Part shown: one piece after another, positions 1-12,153 of the stretch | Layout of the letters: the number at the start of each line of letters is the position of its first letter | Numbering within the stretch: the stretch's first letter is position 1 | Assembly (NCBI GenBank): GCA_949358305.1 | Contig: OX442314.1 | Coordinates: 8,556,001-8,620,000, forward strand | Direction: 5' to 3' | DNA from: Strigamia acuminata | Taxonomy: Eukaryota | Length of the DNA: 64,000 nt | Position numbers and translations under genes: made by a program | The notes under the pieces: model-generated | Database searches by the model: none | What the model was told of the DNA's origin: nothing | Seen by the model: only the letters and a program-made list of their open reading frames with translations

Positions 1-426
1 TACTGGATGTACACAGTAGCAAGAACTCCCACAATAACTTTATGTTATTGTAAGAAATGAGTCTCAATACTCAAGAACATCTCAAAACTGCTTTAGCAAT
101 TTGCAAGAAGGAGTCTAAATACTCAGGCAATCTTTCACCAAATCCACTTGAAGAATTGTATTTTCCCAGGGTAGATTTTGTGACTTGTTGCTCTCAAAGT
201 TGATTTTTGACTGAAGATTTTTCCTCATTCTCTGCAGGAAGCATTTCCTGTTACAGGAAGCTTATGGGCTGGTTGCCCTGGCAACCACCCTCATGTCTTC
301 AAGTTATGCCAGACTTCCTGTTCAGGCATAAAAAATAAACTCAAATAAAAATATGAAATATATAAAATATTTCCAGACACATTTCTGTTCTTCATCTAGT
401 GACCACTAGGGTCACTACAAAGTTAG

Positions 427-549
427 ACAGCTTTGGGAAGTGTGGTGTCGTCGTTGACACGCGAGGGGTTCAGTACGGTGCCGGATGTGACGTGAGATGA
501 TATAGGAGCGTTGAAAGAAGTTCTAGAAGAACTGCGCTTGTGTTTTACT
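427..549 (+). pseudogene. NVL: NVL exon fragment (homolog of exon 12, D1-D2 linker)
   Basis: AG/GT-bounded 123 nt reading TALGSVVSSLTREGFSTVPDVT*DDIGALKEVLEELRLCFT. It matches the exon at 23709-23587 but has TGG>TGA. Confidence 0.85.
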
Positions 550-729
550 GTAATTGAATTGAATTGAATTGTTTAATTTATTTTTTTAAATTTATTTTTG
601 TCATTTTGTTTCAGGCTTTGCTACGTATTCACTTTCCAAGAGGAAAACCGCACTTTTCATGTGAAAAAATGAAGTCGTAATTTTTTTTTGTAAAATTCAT
701 TTTCTGAAGTGTAAACATTTACTATTGTA

Positions 730-1328
730 TTTGGAAACACCGTCCTTCTCAGGGTACCGGACGGGAGGCAGTTTCGGAGAAGCATTTCGCATGTGAAACG
801 TTTCGTCCAGATCCAAGAAGAGAGTTGCGAGCCAGCGCCAGTCATCGGAGCAAAGGCGATCAAACGAGAACCACCAGAAGTCGAAATTGAAGTCGAGGTC
901 CCTACACAACCAGTCGTAGTCCCAGAGGTCCCAATGCAGTTGAGGAGATCCACGAGAGCGAGGGAACCACCAAAACATCTTAAAGAATTTGTGTTAAACT
1001 GTAGGGACACGTAAATGTTGTTTACTTTAAAGTTGAGAATACTAATTGATACTAAAAGAGTTATTGTTAACTAATTGTTCAGGCCTGGGCACAAAACATT
1101 GTTGTTTAGAATTATGGAATTCTTTGATGTTAGTTAATTGCATTATTTAATTTTAATCATTGTTATTTTATTGTTTTCTCCTGTGGAGAAGTAGATTTAA
1201 AAAGAAAAGAAGTAATGTGGTGTTTAGTATTTACATACTTAGAGGGCGCCACTAGCTTAGCTACCTGGCGGCGCGTTCACTTGTAAAGCAAAAATACAAC
1301 CAGTGCATTGCAGCTTGGACAAGATACA
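730..1328 (+). mobile_element. 3' remnant of a Ty3/gypsy LTR retrotransposon (integrase tail, PPT, probable short LTR from 1216)
   Basis: Frame ...DGRQFRRSISHVKRF...LRRSTRAREPPKHLKEFV is a typical integrase C-terminus. Purine tract AAAAGAAAAGAAG precedes TGTGG at 1216. The LTR end is uncertain. Confidence 0.65.
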
Positions 1329-2578
1329 ACGAACTACGATAAATAATTTCAGAAAAGAAAATCAAATTTCCAATTAAATTTGGGAAGAGCAACTAGTCGT
1401 TTCATTCCTTGGCAGTCAAATCTACTTAGCTATAAAAAAATAGTAATAAACACATTAATTTCGTTTTCTTTCCATTAACATTTGCAAGTTTAAACTTACT
1501 TCAGTCTTGCACAAATTGGGCCCGGACGTCATCTCGGTAAAATGCTATATGCGAATAACTCTTTCATGGGCCATATAGACGTGGTAGAATCCTCTTAAGA
1601 AAAACCATATGCCTCTAAACATACAGTATGGTCTAGATAAAATTAAATAAAATTACAATTAAATTTACTTACAGCTGTTATTACTGCGTATAAAAAAGTA
1701 ATGCAGATAACCCCCGCACATATCCACTACCACCACATGATTCACGTTTTAATTTTTAAGTGAATTTTAAGTTGTATTTTTATTTTTCTGAAAAATTGAG
1801 ACAAACGACCACCAGGCGTTCTAATCACCCACCAATCACACGAAAGACTTTTAGACGTTTCCATTCGGAACTGAATTATTATAGAAATCGAGCACATGCG
1901 AGCTTAATCTTGAAAAATTATGGAACGGTCGTATCTGATGCAAATGAAGTCTTAACATTTGAAGTACTGTACATTCTTTACTCTATGGTGAAATGGTGAA
2001 AAAATTCCCAACTTGTTGTATTTAAAATGACACACCTGAAATAACCGGAAAACTGACGTTATTAGCATTAAATCACTGACCCTTATCGGCCATATTAGAT
2101 TTTTATTTTTTAATCTTAAAAAAAAATTAATTAAAAAAATTAACTGAAAAAAAAAATCGTTTTAAATCGCTATTTTATTTGTAAATGTAGTTTTTCATTT
2201 ATCAATTTTTAATTTAGTAAATTAAATTGTTTGGTATTTATTTCTTTTTTGCAGGAAAATCTGTCGCAATTGTAAATGTTCACGCGAGGATCATGGGATC
2301 ATGGGATTATGACTAGAATCCAATTGCCGATGGATACTGAAAGAAGATTTGTAGTGATCCTGATGATCACGAAAGTGTTTTATTAATATAAAGAATGTAA
2401 ATAAACTGTTTTAATTATTCATAACTAGACTTTGACCGATATCGATATTTTGAAGTATCGCCGATACCGATAATCGGCAATCGAATATCGGCCGATACCG
2501 ATACCTGCGCCGATATTAAAATTAAAAGGTCCGACCCCCCCACCCCCTCAAAAAAAAATTAAAATTGCGTTTATTATA

Positions 2579-3342
2579 CAGGGTGGAACAAAAGTCTGTT
2601 CCCCTCAAATATTTCCTGAGCAATTGCATCTAGGCCAACTTTGATGAAGCGATCGTATAGGAAGTTGGGTGAGAGCAATCCAATGATGTCATCAAATTTG
2701 ACCTTGAAGGCCATTTTCAAGGTTATTCACTTGCTAACTTCTAAACCAATCAGGTTAGAGCAAAAAAGTCAATTACAAAGTTGTAGAGCATCATCAAATT
2801 AGTACTATCCAACTTATCTTAGTCATCTTAAGTTAAATGTTTTCCTTTTAAAAAGAAGACAAATCAGCTGAAATAAAGCCAGCCATTGTGACAAAACTTA
2901 AATTTCTATCACAAAAATACTGAATTACTTAAATAAACATATTCAAATGTGTATCATTATGCAAGTAAACAAGAACAACCACTGCCTTTTTTTAATGCCC
3001 TAATAATTATTTTATCACAAGAATAAAAAATTTCACTTTGCTGATTTTTTTCTGATTTGTCTCCTTTTGAAAAGGAAAACATTTAACTTAAGATGACTAA
3101 GATAAGTTGGATAGTACTAATTTGATGATGCTCTACAACTTTGTAATTGACTTTTTTGCTCTAACCTGATTGGTTTAGAAGTTAGCAAGTGAATAACCTT
3201 GAAAATGGCCTTCAAGGTCAAATTTGATGACATCATTGGATTGCTCTCACCCAACTTCCTATACGATCGCTTCATCAAAGTTGGCCTAGATGCAATTGCT
3301 GAGGAAATATTTGAAGGGGGAACAGACTTTTGTTCCACCCTG
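2579..3342. mobile_element. Tc1/mariner-type MITE with ~290-bp TIRs nested in the hAT element
   Basis: TA|CAGGGTGGAACAAAAGTC ... GACTTTTGTTCCACCCTG|TA; arms ~2579-2868 and ~3052-3342 are near-perfect reverse complements. Confidence 0.92.
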
Positions 3343-3504
3343 TATAAAAAAAATTTCACATACGGTGAAATAATTCCAAACAACCAAACAATACTAGTTT
3401 TACGAGGCTGCTTAAGCGACATAAATAAACAAATGACGGAGGTTGAAATGATTAAAATTAAAAACAAACCTTCTATATTTATAGCTTATAATACTGCTTC
3501 AAAG

Positions 3505-3555
3505 ACGTTTCTAAAACGTATCGTTTTCGTCTAAAACGATACGTTTTAGAAACGT
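3505..3555. repeat. Perfect 23-bp hairpin with 5-nt loop
   Basis: ACGTTTCTAAAACGTATCGTTTT-CGTCT-AAAACGATACGTTTTAGAAACGT. Confidence 0.9.
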
Positions 3556-4293
3556 GACAATATCGGTATCGGCCAAGCAAAAAAATATCTGATCCGATAT
3601 TGGTGAATATCGAAATATCGGCCGATAGCCGATACCGATACCGGTATCGGTCAAAGTCTATTCATAACATTACTTGTTAGATTATTTCGAAGGAATTAGC
3701 TAAACTAGTTTCTACGCGTATTTAAACCCATGTTTTGACCGGAAACGCCACTTATAGATACCAGAGCAACATTAGTGTGGCAAAGTCGTTTTTGCGGATC
3801 GAGAGAATTCAATGTGGAAATGTGAAATAATATGTGAAACATCATCTTTACATTAAAATTGTTTATTAAGTAAACGGAATAAATGAATAATAATTAAAAG
3901 AGAAAAATGGTATTTAATTCGCCTTCTCTAAGGCAGGCTCACGCCAAATCTAACCTACAAAATAGGCCTACGTAACACAGTACATAGCCTAGCTAAAAAT
4001 AAGCTAAAGCAAAATACACTCAACTAACAGTATGTTTCTATCCAATCAATTAAAGTAGACAAAATGGAAGAAGACAGATTTGAGGCAATCAAATGTGGTA
4101 TTTACAATTAACATAGTAGGACTTGGAAATCACACACACAAACACACAATTGTTCACTTGAGTTTTTGTAGCTTCAGTTGACTTCAACATGGCACTTGGT
4201 TGTTGGTTTCAAACTGGATACATGAAGACTCAAAAGTGGTTTCCTTGGATGTCCAAAAATGTTCTATGTTGGTTTATAAAACGGTGATGCGTA

Positions 4294-5004
4294 CAGGGCG
4301 CGACATAGCTAGGCGCGACAATGCGATTCGCGCTTAGCAATGGGCGCAACATTGTTATCAATAGCTTGGCGCGACAAGCTACTGTTTGCGACATTTAGGA
4401 ATAGCGTGGCGCGACACGGTAATCTAACGAGGCGCGACACGCTGTAATGGCGTGGCGCGACACGTTATAATAGCGTGGCGCGACACCAGCTAATGTGTTG
4501 CGTCACGTTCGGACGACGTGACACGACACGTACGATGACGTCGCGATAACGTCGCAAAAAGTCGCAAAAACGCGGTCACCTTAGCATGTGGGATGGGATC
4601 AACCATTGGGGGCCAGGGTGGCTATAATCTTGCAAGATTTCACAAGATTCGCGAGGATTCCTGAGATTGGAATCTGTGGGAATCAGGAATCCCATACACA
4701 TTTTTCACCTATGTCGGACCCCTCGATATTTGCCTGAAATGACTTCTCCAACGGGGATACGACGCATTTCGAAGCGTGACAGTCGCGCTTTGAAATAACG
4801 TAAACTAATTGCAACTTACTTGTCGCGCTTCGAAATCCCCCCGCATTTCAAAGCGCGACAGTCGCGCTTCGAAATAACGTAAACTAATTGCAACTTACTT
4901 GTCGCGCTTCAAAATCCTCCCGCATTTCTAAGCGCGAAAGTCGCGCTTCGAAATGCGGCCGGATTTCGAAGCGCGACTGTCGCGCCTGGCTATGTCGCGC
5001 CCAG
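4294..5004. mobile_element. MITE with TA TSD and GCGCGACA subterminal repeats
   Basis: TA|CAGGGCGCGACATAGCTAGGCGCGACA ... TGTCGCGCCTGGCTATGTCGCGCCCAG|TA. Confidence 0.8.
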
Positions 5005-5075
5005 TACAGCGTCCAAGTAGGTGTTCTCAGCAAGAGAATATTGGAGCCAACTCAGCAACTGAGAGAGGTGTTCAC

Positions 5076-8000
5076 TGTAACATGAGGCTGGAGCGCCATA
5101 GTTCGTAAGTCAACACTAGGTGGCGCCACCCAATAAAGAAGCACTCTCGTGCTAGCTATCATGTCGAGAGGAGTTACTTTTAATTTGAAGCACCACATCT
5201 AAACGTTACATGGTGTCAGAAGTGGTCACAGTCGCTGGAACTGTGGACAAAGTGAAGATAAGTGAATTTTTGAACTGAAAAAAACGAACATTTTGGATAT
5301 AAACCAGTGATGGCAGACCCAGTTGCTGCAACCACAAGGCTGGGCGGGGCCATTCGGCAACCGAAACCATTAGAGATTTCATCAACCAACATGGCGTCCG
5401 TTTGGGAGCAGTGGTGTGACCAGTATGAGTGGTTTGCCAAGGCCAACAAAATTGATAAACTGGACGCTGAACAGCAAGTAGCAACATTTATGAGCTGTGT
5501 GGGACCAGATGCACAGATGATTTTTAAGACTCTGGGACTAACAGAAGCGCAAAAGAAAGATGTGGCTGCAGTTAAGAAGAAATATGCAGATAAATTTGCG
5601 CCTACAGTGAATGAGACTTATTCGGCGTATCAATTTTTCAATTTGCGACAGAAAGAAGGACAATTATTTGAGGATTTTCTCACGCAAGCCAAAACAATTC
5701 GTGAAAAGTGTAATTTTGGTGCGCAGGCGGACCGGTTGTTGAAAGATATCATCGCAATCGGAGTTCGCAGTGAGACTTTGCGAGTGCGTTTATTTGAAGA
5801 AGAAACATTGACGCTGGACAAAGCTGTAAAATTGGCAAAAGCGGCAGAAGTGGCGGAAGTGCAAGCGAAAACCATCCAGGGTTCGCAGGACGCGAAAGTG
5901 GATTTTATAAAGCAAAATTCGAGCCAAAGTAAACGCACGAGTCAGACGCCGGGTGGGTCAACGAAGCCGTGTGGACGGTGTAACCGGACGCATGCGTTTG
6001 GCAAATGTCCAGCATACGAAAAAGAGTGCCACAAGTGTCACAAGAAAGGGCACTTTGCGATGATGTGTAAAGGAGCGTCGAATCCGGCGGTTGATAAAAA
6101 TTCACGTCGAAAATACGACAAGGCGGAAAAGAAAAAAGAAGTGTACGCTGTCGAGCACGATGATGACGACGATTTGTTGTACGGGGAATTCACCATCGAT
6201 CGGATTACGGTGGAGGACGACGAGTCATACGAAGATTGGACGGAGCGGGTCAGGATTAATGACGCACGAACAATTGATGTGAAATTAGATCCGGGGGCCC
6301 GGTGCAACGTGATATCGCAGAAGCTGTTGAAGGAAGCGGGTGTAGCGGTGCACACGTCCAGGACGAATCGGTTACGGTCGTTTACCGGTCACCACATGAG
6401 AGTAGTGGGTGAAGCAAAAGTCCCGTGCACATTAAAATGGGTGAAATCGCCGATAATATTCAAAGTAGTCGACGATTGCGTACCAACGCTGTTTGGGCGA
6501 GCCACTTGCGAGCGATTAGGTTTGGTGAAGCGGATTAATGTGGTCAAGCCTGAGTTGAGCGATGAGCACATCGAGAGCGAAGTGTTCAAAGGGCTCGGAA
6601 CGGTCAAAGATTTTGAATATGACATTGATATTGATGAAAATGCTCCATTTCAGATTCACGCGCCGAGGAGAATACCGCAAGTGTTACGCGGTCCCGTGAA
6701 AGCGGAGTTGGACAGGATGGAGAAAATGGGTGTCATAGAGCCTGTTTCGGAGCCGACACCGGCGGTCAGTCCGTTGGTCATTGTCCAGAGAGGGAAGAAA
6801 ATTCGGTTATGTATGGATTCGACGGATTTAAATAGACATATCAAACGGCGACATTACCCGCTCAAAACATTCGAGGCGGTGAAGCCAAAATTAAAAAAAG
6901 CTAAGTATTTTGCGAAATTCGATCTCAGGCATGGATATTGGCAAGTAAAAGTAACCAAGCGCACGTCGATGTATTTGGTAGTTAATACGCCATGGGGTCG
7001 GTATCGATTTTTGCGTTTGCCGTTTGGAATTGTGTCGGCGCCAGAGGTGTTTCAAAGTATGATGGAGCGAGTGTTGGAAGGCATCCCTGACATTGACGTA
7101 TCCATTGATGATATAATCGCCTACGCCGAGACCTTGGCGGAGTTGAGGAAGCTGGTGAAGCGCCTACTCCGGCGGTTGTTTGAGAACGGGTTTCGCCTCA
7201 ATAAGGAGAAATGTATAATGGAGGCAACCGAGATAAAATTTTTGGGTCATGTGTTGTCGCAAGAGGGCATCAGACCAGATCCGGAGAAAGTAGTTGCCAT
7301 TGACAAGTTGAAAATGCCATCTTGCAAGGATGAGCTGAGGCGTTTCCTCGGAATGACCGTGTATTTGGCCGAATTTATGCCAAAATATTCAGTGTACACG
7401 GAGCCGTTGCGTAAATTGTTGCATAAAGACGTCTGTTGGGAATGGGCTAGTGAGCAAGAAGAGGCTGTAGCCCTGATCAAGGCTGCGTTGAAAGCGCCGC
7501 CAGTTTTGGCATACTATGATGTGCAGAAAGACGTTGTGTTGTCGGTCGATGCGAGTTCGCATGCGGTGGGGGCTGCGTTATTTCAGGACGGGAGACCCAT
7601 CGGATTTGCGACGCAGGCACTGACGCCGTGCCAGCAACGGTATCCGCAGATCGAGAAAGAGGCTTTTGCCATACGATTTGGGTGTCACAAATTTCATGAG
7701 TTTGTGTACGGAAAAAAGTTGACGGTGGAAACGGATCATAAGCCGTTAGAGGTAATTGCGAAAAAAAATCTCGATCGGATGCCGGCGCGCCTACAAAGAA
7801 TTTTTTTTGATTTGCTGCCGTATGGAGCGCAAATAACATATAAGAAAGGCACGGATATTCCGGTGGCCGACGCGCTAAGTCGTGATTGTGAACCAGGGCC
7901 AGTAAAAGAAGATACACACGAATTGCAAATTCATATTGTGTTGCCCATGACAGTGAGGGGAGAAAAGAAGTTGCGGTTGGCATTGGAAAGCGATGTGGAA

Positions 8001-9587
8001 AGTCAAGCGGTTATCAAAGTCGTGTTGGACGGTTGGCCAGAGGAAAAGGATCAGGTGCCAACGGTGGTTCAACCATATTGGAATTTTAGGGACGAAATTG
8101 CTGCGTATGACGGTATTTTGTTCAAAAATCAACGGCCGATTATTCCACGGAGTTTACGCGACGAGTATTTGGCATACATCCACCAAGACCATTTGGGCAT
8201 TCAATCGTCCATTCGACGAGCCCGCGAAGCGGTATTCTGGATAGGCATGACGGTGGACATTGAGAACATGGTGAAGGTGTGCAATACGTGCGAACGGACG
8301 CAAAAAGCCAACGTAAAGGCGCCAATCATGTCAAAGCCGGTGCCGGAGAGACTGTGGCAGCGAGTGGCGACGGATTTGTTTGAAATTAAAGGGCAACAGT
8401 ATATTACAGTAACTGACAGTTATTCGGGGTTTTATGAAGTTTCACAATTGAAAGGAACGACAGCCGGGAAAGTCGTAGAAAAGATGAAGCGATTTTTCGC
8501 GGTGCATGGAATTCCGGAGGTAGTAGAAAGCGACGGGGGACCGCAGTATGCGTCGCAGGAGTTTCGGAAATTCGCGACGGATTGGGATTTTGTACACAGC
8601 GTGTCGTCGCCAAGGTTTCCTAGGGCTAATGGATTGGCAGAGCGAAGTGTGCAGTCAGCGAAAAACATCATTAAGCGGTGCATGCGTGATGGGTCAGATG
8701 TATACCTCGCGTTGTTGAACTGGCGGAATACACCGAGAAGTACGAGTTTGGGATCGCCGGTGCAGAGATTATTTAGCCGGAGAACGCGGTCGTTATTGAA
8801 TGGACATGTCAGTTTGTTGGAGCCAAAGGTGCAGGAAGGGGTGACAGAAGCGTTAGTTACAGCACGGGCCACCCAGAAGCGGTATGCTGATCGTCAAGCA
8901 CGAGTGGCGCAAGATTTCGAGGTCGGAGATCGGGTTCGTGTGCAGACGGGGCACCGTAATTGGGAGGGCGCGGCGATTGGGGGCAAGACGGAGTACCCGC
9001 GGTCAGTTGAAGTAGAGATGGCTGATGGTCGGGTGCTCAGAAGAAATACGGGTGTGGTCAAGCATACTCAAGCGCGGTTGCCACCACCGACGGAAAATCG
9101 ATGGAGCGGCGAGGGATCGGCAGAGAAAGCCAGACCGGCTCAGATGACGTCAACGGCGGTGACGAAGGAAAGCAGCGGAAAGGAACAAGGTGTGAGCGAC
9201 GGTGCTCCTGTAAAAACATTTACGCGCAGTGGACGAGAAGTCAGGGCACCGGTTCGATTGGACTTGTGAAGTGTGCGGTGTTGTTTTATTCTAGTATTTA
9301 ATCGCATTTACTCATACTTAATAGCATTGTATAATTTTGTATTTAGTTTGTAATCGTACATTTCTTTGTAACTGTTTAATAGCTCCTGTTTTGTTAGTGT
9401 AGTGTTTGTTTTGTTGTTCTGTGTTTTCAATGACTTAAAATGAAAGGGGAGATGTAACATGAGGCTGGAGCGCCATAGTTCGTAAGTCGACACTAGGTGG
9501 CGCCACTCAATAAAGAAGCACTCTCGTGCTAGCTATCATGTCGAGAGGAGTTACTTTTAATTTGAAGCACCACATCTAAACGTTACA
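5076..9587 (+). mobile_element. Full-length Ty3/gypsy LTR retrotransposon, Mag-like
   Basis: 135-bp LTRs 5076-5210 and 9453-9587 (TGTAAC...GTTACA, 2 mismatches seen); 5-bp TSD TTCAC; PBS TGGTGTCAGAAGTGG (tRNA-Leu type) at 5211; PPT GAAAGGGGAGA; single gag-pol ORF. Confidence 0.97.
5310..9269 (+). CDS. Gag-Pol polyprotein (CA, two Zn knuckles, PR, RT, RNase H, IN)
   Basis: QKEGQLFEDF capsid motif; CGRC..H..C and CHKCHKKGHFAMMC; PR LDPGA; RT LPFGI..SIDD; RNase H VDAS; IN H-H-C-C, TDLF, SDGGPQY, GLAERSV. Confidence 0.95.
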   Translation: MADPVAATTRLGGAIRQPKPLEISSTNMASVWEQWCDQYEWFAKANKIDKLDAEQQVATFMSCVGPDAQMIFKTLGLTEAQKKDVAAVKKKYADKFAPTVNETYSAYQFFNLRQKEGQLFEDFLTQAKTIREKCNFGAQADRLLKDIIAIGVRSETLRVRLFEEETLTLDKAVKLAKAAEVAEVQAKTIQGSQDAKVDFIKQNSSQSKRTSQTPGGSTKPCGRCNRTHAFGKCPAYEKECHKCHKKGHFAMMCKGASNPAVDKNSRRKYDKAEKKKEVYAVEHDDDDDLLYGEFTIDRITVEDDESYEDWTERVRINDARTIDVKLDPGARCNVISQKLLKEAGVAVHTSRTNRLRSFTGHHMRVVGEAKVPCTLKWVKSPIIFKVVDDCVPTLFGRATCERLGLVKRINVVKPELSDEHIESEVFKGLGTVKDFEYDIDIDENAPFQIHAPRRIPQVLRGPVKAELDRMEKMGVIEPVSEPTPAVSPLVIVQRGKKIRLCMDSTDLNRHIKRRHYPLKTFEAVKPKLKKAKYFAKFDLRHGYWQVKVTKRTSMYLVVNTPWGRYRFLRLPFGIVSAPEVFQSMMERVLEGIPDIDVSIDDIIAYAETLAELRKLVKRLLRRLFENGFRLNKEKCIMEATEIKFLGHVLSQEGIRPDPEKVVAIDKLKMPSCKDELRRFLGMTVYLAEFMPKYSVYTEPLRKLLHKDVCWEWASEQEEAVALIKAALKAPPVLAYYDVQKDVVLSVDASSHAVGAALFQDGRPIGFATQALTPCQQRYPQIEKEAFAIRFGCHKFHEFVYGKKLTVETDHKPLEVIAKKNLDRMPARLQRIFFDLLPYGAQITYKKGTDIPVADALSRDCEPGPVKEDTHELQIHIVLPMTVRGEKKLRLALESDVESQAVIKVVLDGWPEEKDQVPTVVQPYWNFRDEIAAYDGILFKNQRPIIPRSLRDEYLAYIHQDHLGIQSSIRRAREAVFWIGMTVDIENMVKVCNTCERTQKANVKAPIMSKPVPERLWQRVATDLFEIKGQQYITVTDSYSGFYEVSQLKGTTAGKVVEKMKRFFAVHGIPEVVESDGGPQYASQEFRKFATDWDFVHSVSSPRFPRANGLAERSVQSAKNIIKRCMRDGSDVYLALLNWRNTPRSTSLGSPVQRLFSRRTRSLLNGHVSLLEPKVQEGVTEALVTARATQKRYADRQARVAQDFEVGDRVRVQTGHRNWEGAAIGGKTEYPRSVEVEMADGRVLRRNTGVVKHTQARLPPPTENRWSGEGSAEKARPAQMTSTAVTKESSGKEQGVSDGAPVKTFTRSGREVRAPVRLDL

Positions 9588-9684
9588 TTCACTGCTTGGA
9601 AGTGTGAGTGCAATGTGCTTTCACTGCTTTTTCACAGGTGTTGAAATTGTGCATTCCAACCTCTGCTAATCCGGCAGTGTCATC

Positions 9685-9933
9685 CAGGGGCGGATATAAC
9701 TTTTCGGGGGCCCGGGGCTTGAGGTTCTTTCGGGGCCCCTTCCTCAAAATTTTTTTTAGCGATCTTTCTTCTTTTTTTCTTTTTTTTAGCGACCTTTCTT
9801 CTTTTTTCTTTTTTTAGCAATCTTTTTTTTTTTTTTTTTTTTTTTTAGTACATGGCCCAGAGTCTCGGGGGCCCCCTAGAATTTGGGGACCCGGGGCTCA
9901 AGCCCCGATAGCCGGGTGCTAGATCCGCCACTG
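9685..9933. mobile_element. hAT-type MITE
   Basis: TIR CAGGGGCGGAT / ATCCGCCACTG; 8-bp TSD GTGTCATC (9677-9684, 9934-9941); GGGGCCC subterminal motifs. Confidence 0.93.
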
Positions 9934-9967
9934 GTGTCATCACATATGCTAGTTCTCATGTACACCC

Positions 9968-12153
9968 GTGGAAAATAAAAACTTCCCTTGGTTACAGCAG
10001 TTGTAAATTTTCCCACCAGAGGCATGAAAATCCACTGAGTTTGTGTGACATCACAGAACTAAACCTCGATCTCAAAATGGCTGACTTGTTTTGTTTACTT
10101 AGCCATTTGCTTTCTTTATTTATAACGAAATATTAAACATTTTTCTTCATTTACAGATTCGGCGCAGCAGTTTGCAAATGCGCATGCAGTAAAGAAGCCG
10201 TGCAGCAAAGAAGCCGTCTCTCCTTTATTTTTTAGTATTCACAGACAGAAGGAAACGAAATGGTGGACATAGAGACAATGACTTATCATTTACAGCATCA
10301 ATATAAGTAAAAATATATTTTCTGTACTAAATTTTTTGAAATTTTTCTACATTTTATTGAAATTTCAGGGATTATGGTCGAAAACAGAAAAATCCTTTTT
10401 GTTTGGAAGTCGAAAAAGGTGATTTTAGTGGATATTTTATATATTTTATATTGCTTAAATTTATTTAATTAATTTTTTGATTTTTTTAAATTTCGTTTTA
10501 GCTTTTGAAGTTATCGTTGACGAAACCAAGCGACCAAATAGGTGAAATTAAAGGAGAAATTGCGTCTTAAAAATGTTTAATTTTTTTTTATTTTAATACA
10601 GGAGTGGTGATGTGCCTTTGCCCGATTTTTCATCCGATAACGAGAATTACGTTGAAGTGGAGGACAATAATATGATTAACAAGAGTGTGCGTAAATTATA
10701 CGCCAGTAAATCCAATCAAAACACGTAGGTTAGAGAGGAGAACGAGGTGCAGTTGGTAGAAGACGGAAGTAAAAAGCGGAAAAGGAGGAAAGTTGACACA
10801 TCGACAGAGCACAAACCGAAACCACTGAAGAAAAGTGATTTGATTTATAAGAAAATGAAATTAAAGGGGAAAATTAAACAGGATTTTTTTTTGCTTTGAT
10901 TTTTAGATATTTCTGGAGAACAGTCGACCGTGACGTTCGCATATATGCAACTCAACCATCAACGTAAATCTAAATATCTTTGATTGATGCTTTGATACTT
11001 TTTTAAATTTCTGTCACATTTTATCAATTTTGGTCAATTATTTGTAAACTTTTGTTAATTATTTGTTTGTTTTGGTTATTTTTTTTACCATTTGTATCGA
11101 ATCAGTATAAACTTTTGTCTTTTTTGACATTTTTTTTCTCATTTTCTTGATTTTTTTGTCCAAATTTTGACAATTTTTGTTAAATTCTTATCAATTTTTT
11201 TAATAAAGTAAATAAGCAAATTGAATAAAAATTTATTTTTTATTTTTTTTTAATTATCTGATAGGTAACATTGTGTAGTTTCAATACAACCAATTGGAAA
11301 AGAAAAAAACAAATTGATTCTGTTGTCGAGCTTGGTAATTTTGCTGAGTTGTTTCGCATGTTGCTGTTCCCGCAGCTCGGGCGGCATTTGAAGACATGAA
11401 ACTGCTTTAAGACCGGCCTCCTTCATGACAGAATCCACAAATGTAATTATAACACACAGCTCTTCAAGTATGCCGATGTCTACAATTCGGACCTAAAAAA
11501 AAAACAAATATAGGTAAACATAAACAACACGATTTAATCCCAATCTAAACATCATTATATTTTTACTTATATTGATGCTGTAAATGATAAGTCATTGTCT
11601 CTATGTCCACCATTTCGTTTCCTTCTGTCTGTGAATACTAAGAAATAAAGGAGAGACAGCTTCTTTGCTGCACGGCTTCTTTACTGCATGCGCATTTGCT
11701 AACTGCTGCGCCGAATCTGTAAATGAAGAAAAATGTTTAATATTCCGTTATAAGTAAATAAACCTGCTACGATCTACTTACTGTCCATCTACAAGAAGGG
11801 AAGAGGCAAAGTGCCCTGTTCCAAGGCATGTTCGATGACGTCTTGTTCTTCTCACCGCCTTTCTCGTTCGTCGACGACTTCTCCGGCCTCTTCAAAGCGC
11901 ATCCAGAACTGTTTGTTTTTTTTAGTTGTGCTTGGGCGAATCACCATCAAATCCAGGTTCGACCAAACACTGTGTTTCTTTTCTTTTTAATTATTTGAAT
12001 TCGAAGGTGAAAAAATGGCTAAGTAAACAAAACAAGTCAGCCATTTTGAGATTGAGGTTTAGTTTTGTGATGTCACACAATCTCAGTGGATTTTCATGCC
12101 TCTAGTGGGAAAATTTACAACTGCTGTAACCAAGGGAAGTTTTTATTTTCCAC
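9968..12153. repeat. Inverted duplication with two pairs of arms
   Basis: 9968-10108 is the reverse complement of 12013-12153. ~10120-10317 is the reverse complement of ~11557-11753. Only a few mismatches; no TSD found. Confidence 0.92.
10236..10965 (+). pseudogene. NVL: NVL 5' fragment (exons 2-6 with introns)
   Basis: Reads YSQTEGNEMVDIETMTYHLQHQY / DYGRKQKNPFCLEVEK / DNENYVEVEDNNMINKSVRKLY and is colinear with the exons at 54394-44634. In-frame TAG near 10726; exon 1 is absent. Confidence 0.88.

Larger units (their letters stand above)
2426..3660. mobile_element. hAT-type non-autonomous element
   Basis: TIR TAGACTTTGACCGATA / TATCGGTCAAAGTCTA; 8-bp TSD TTCATAAC (2418-2425, 3661-3668); subterminal CCGATA repeats. 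Confidence 0.92.

Noticed and set aside
1495..1740. Two minus-strand exon-like blocks with a hydrophobic N-terminus, vaguely like a P450 start
   Set aside because: Several in-frame stops and no diagnostic motif; identity cannot be supported.
3117..3534. 111-116 aa ORFs
   Set aside because: They lie in MITE terminal inverted repeats and have no recognisable domain.
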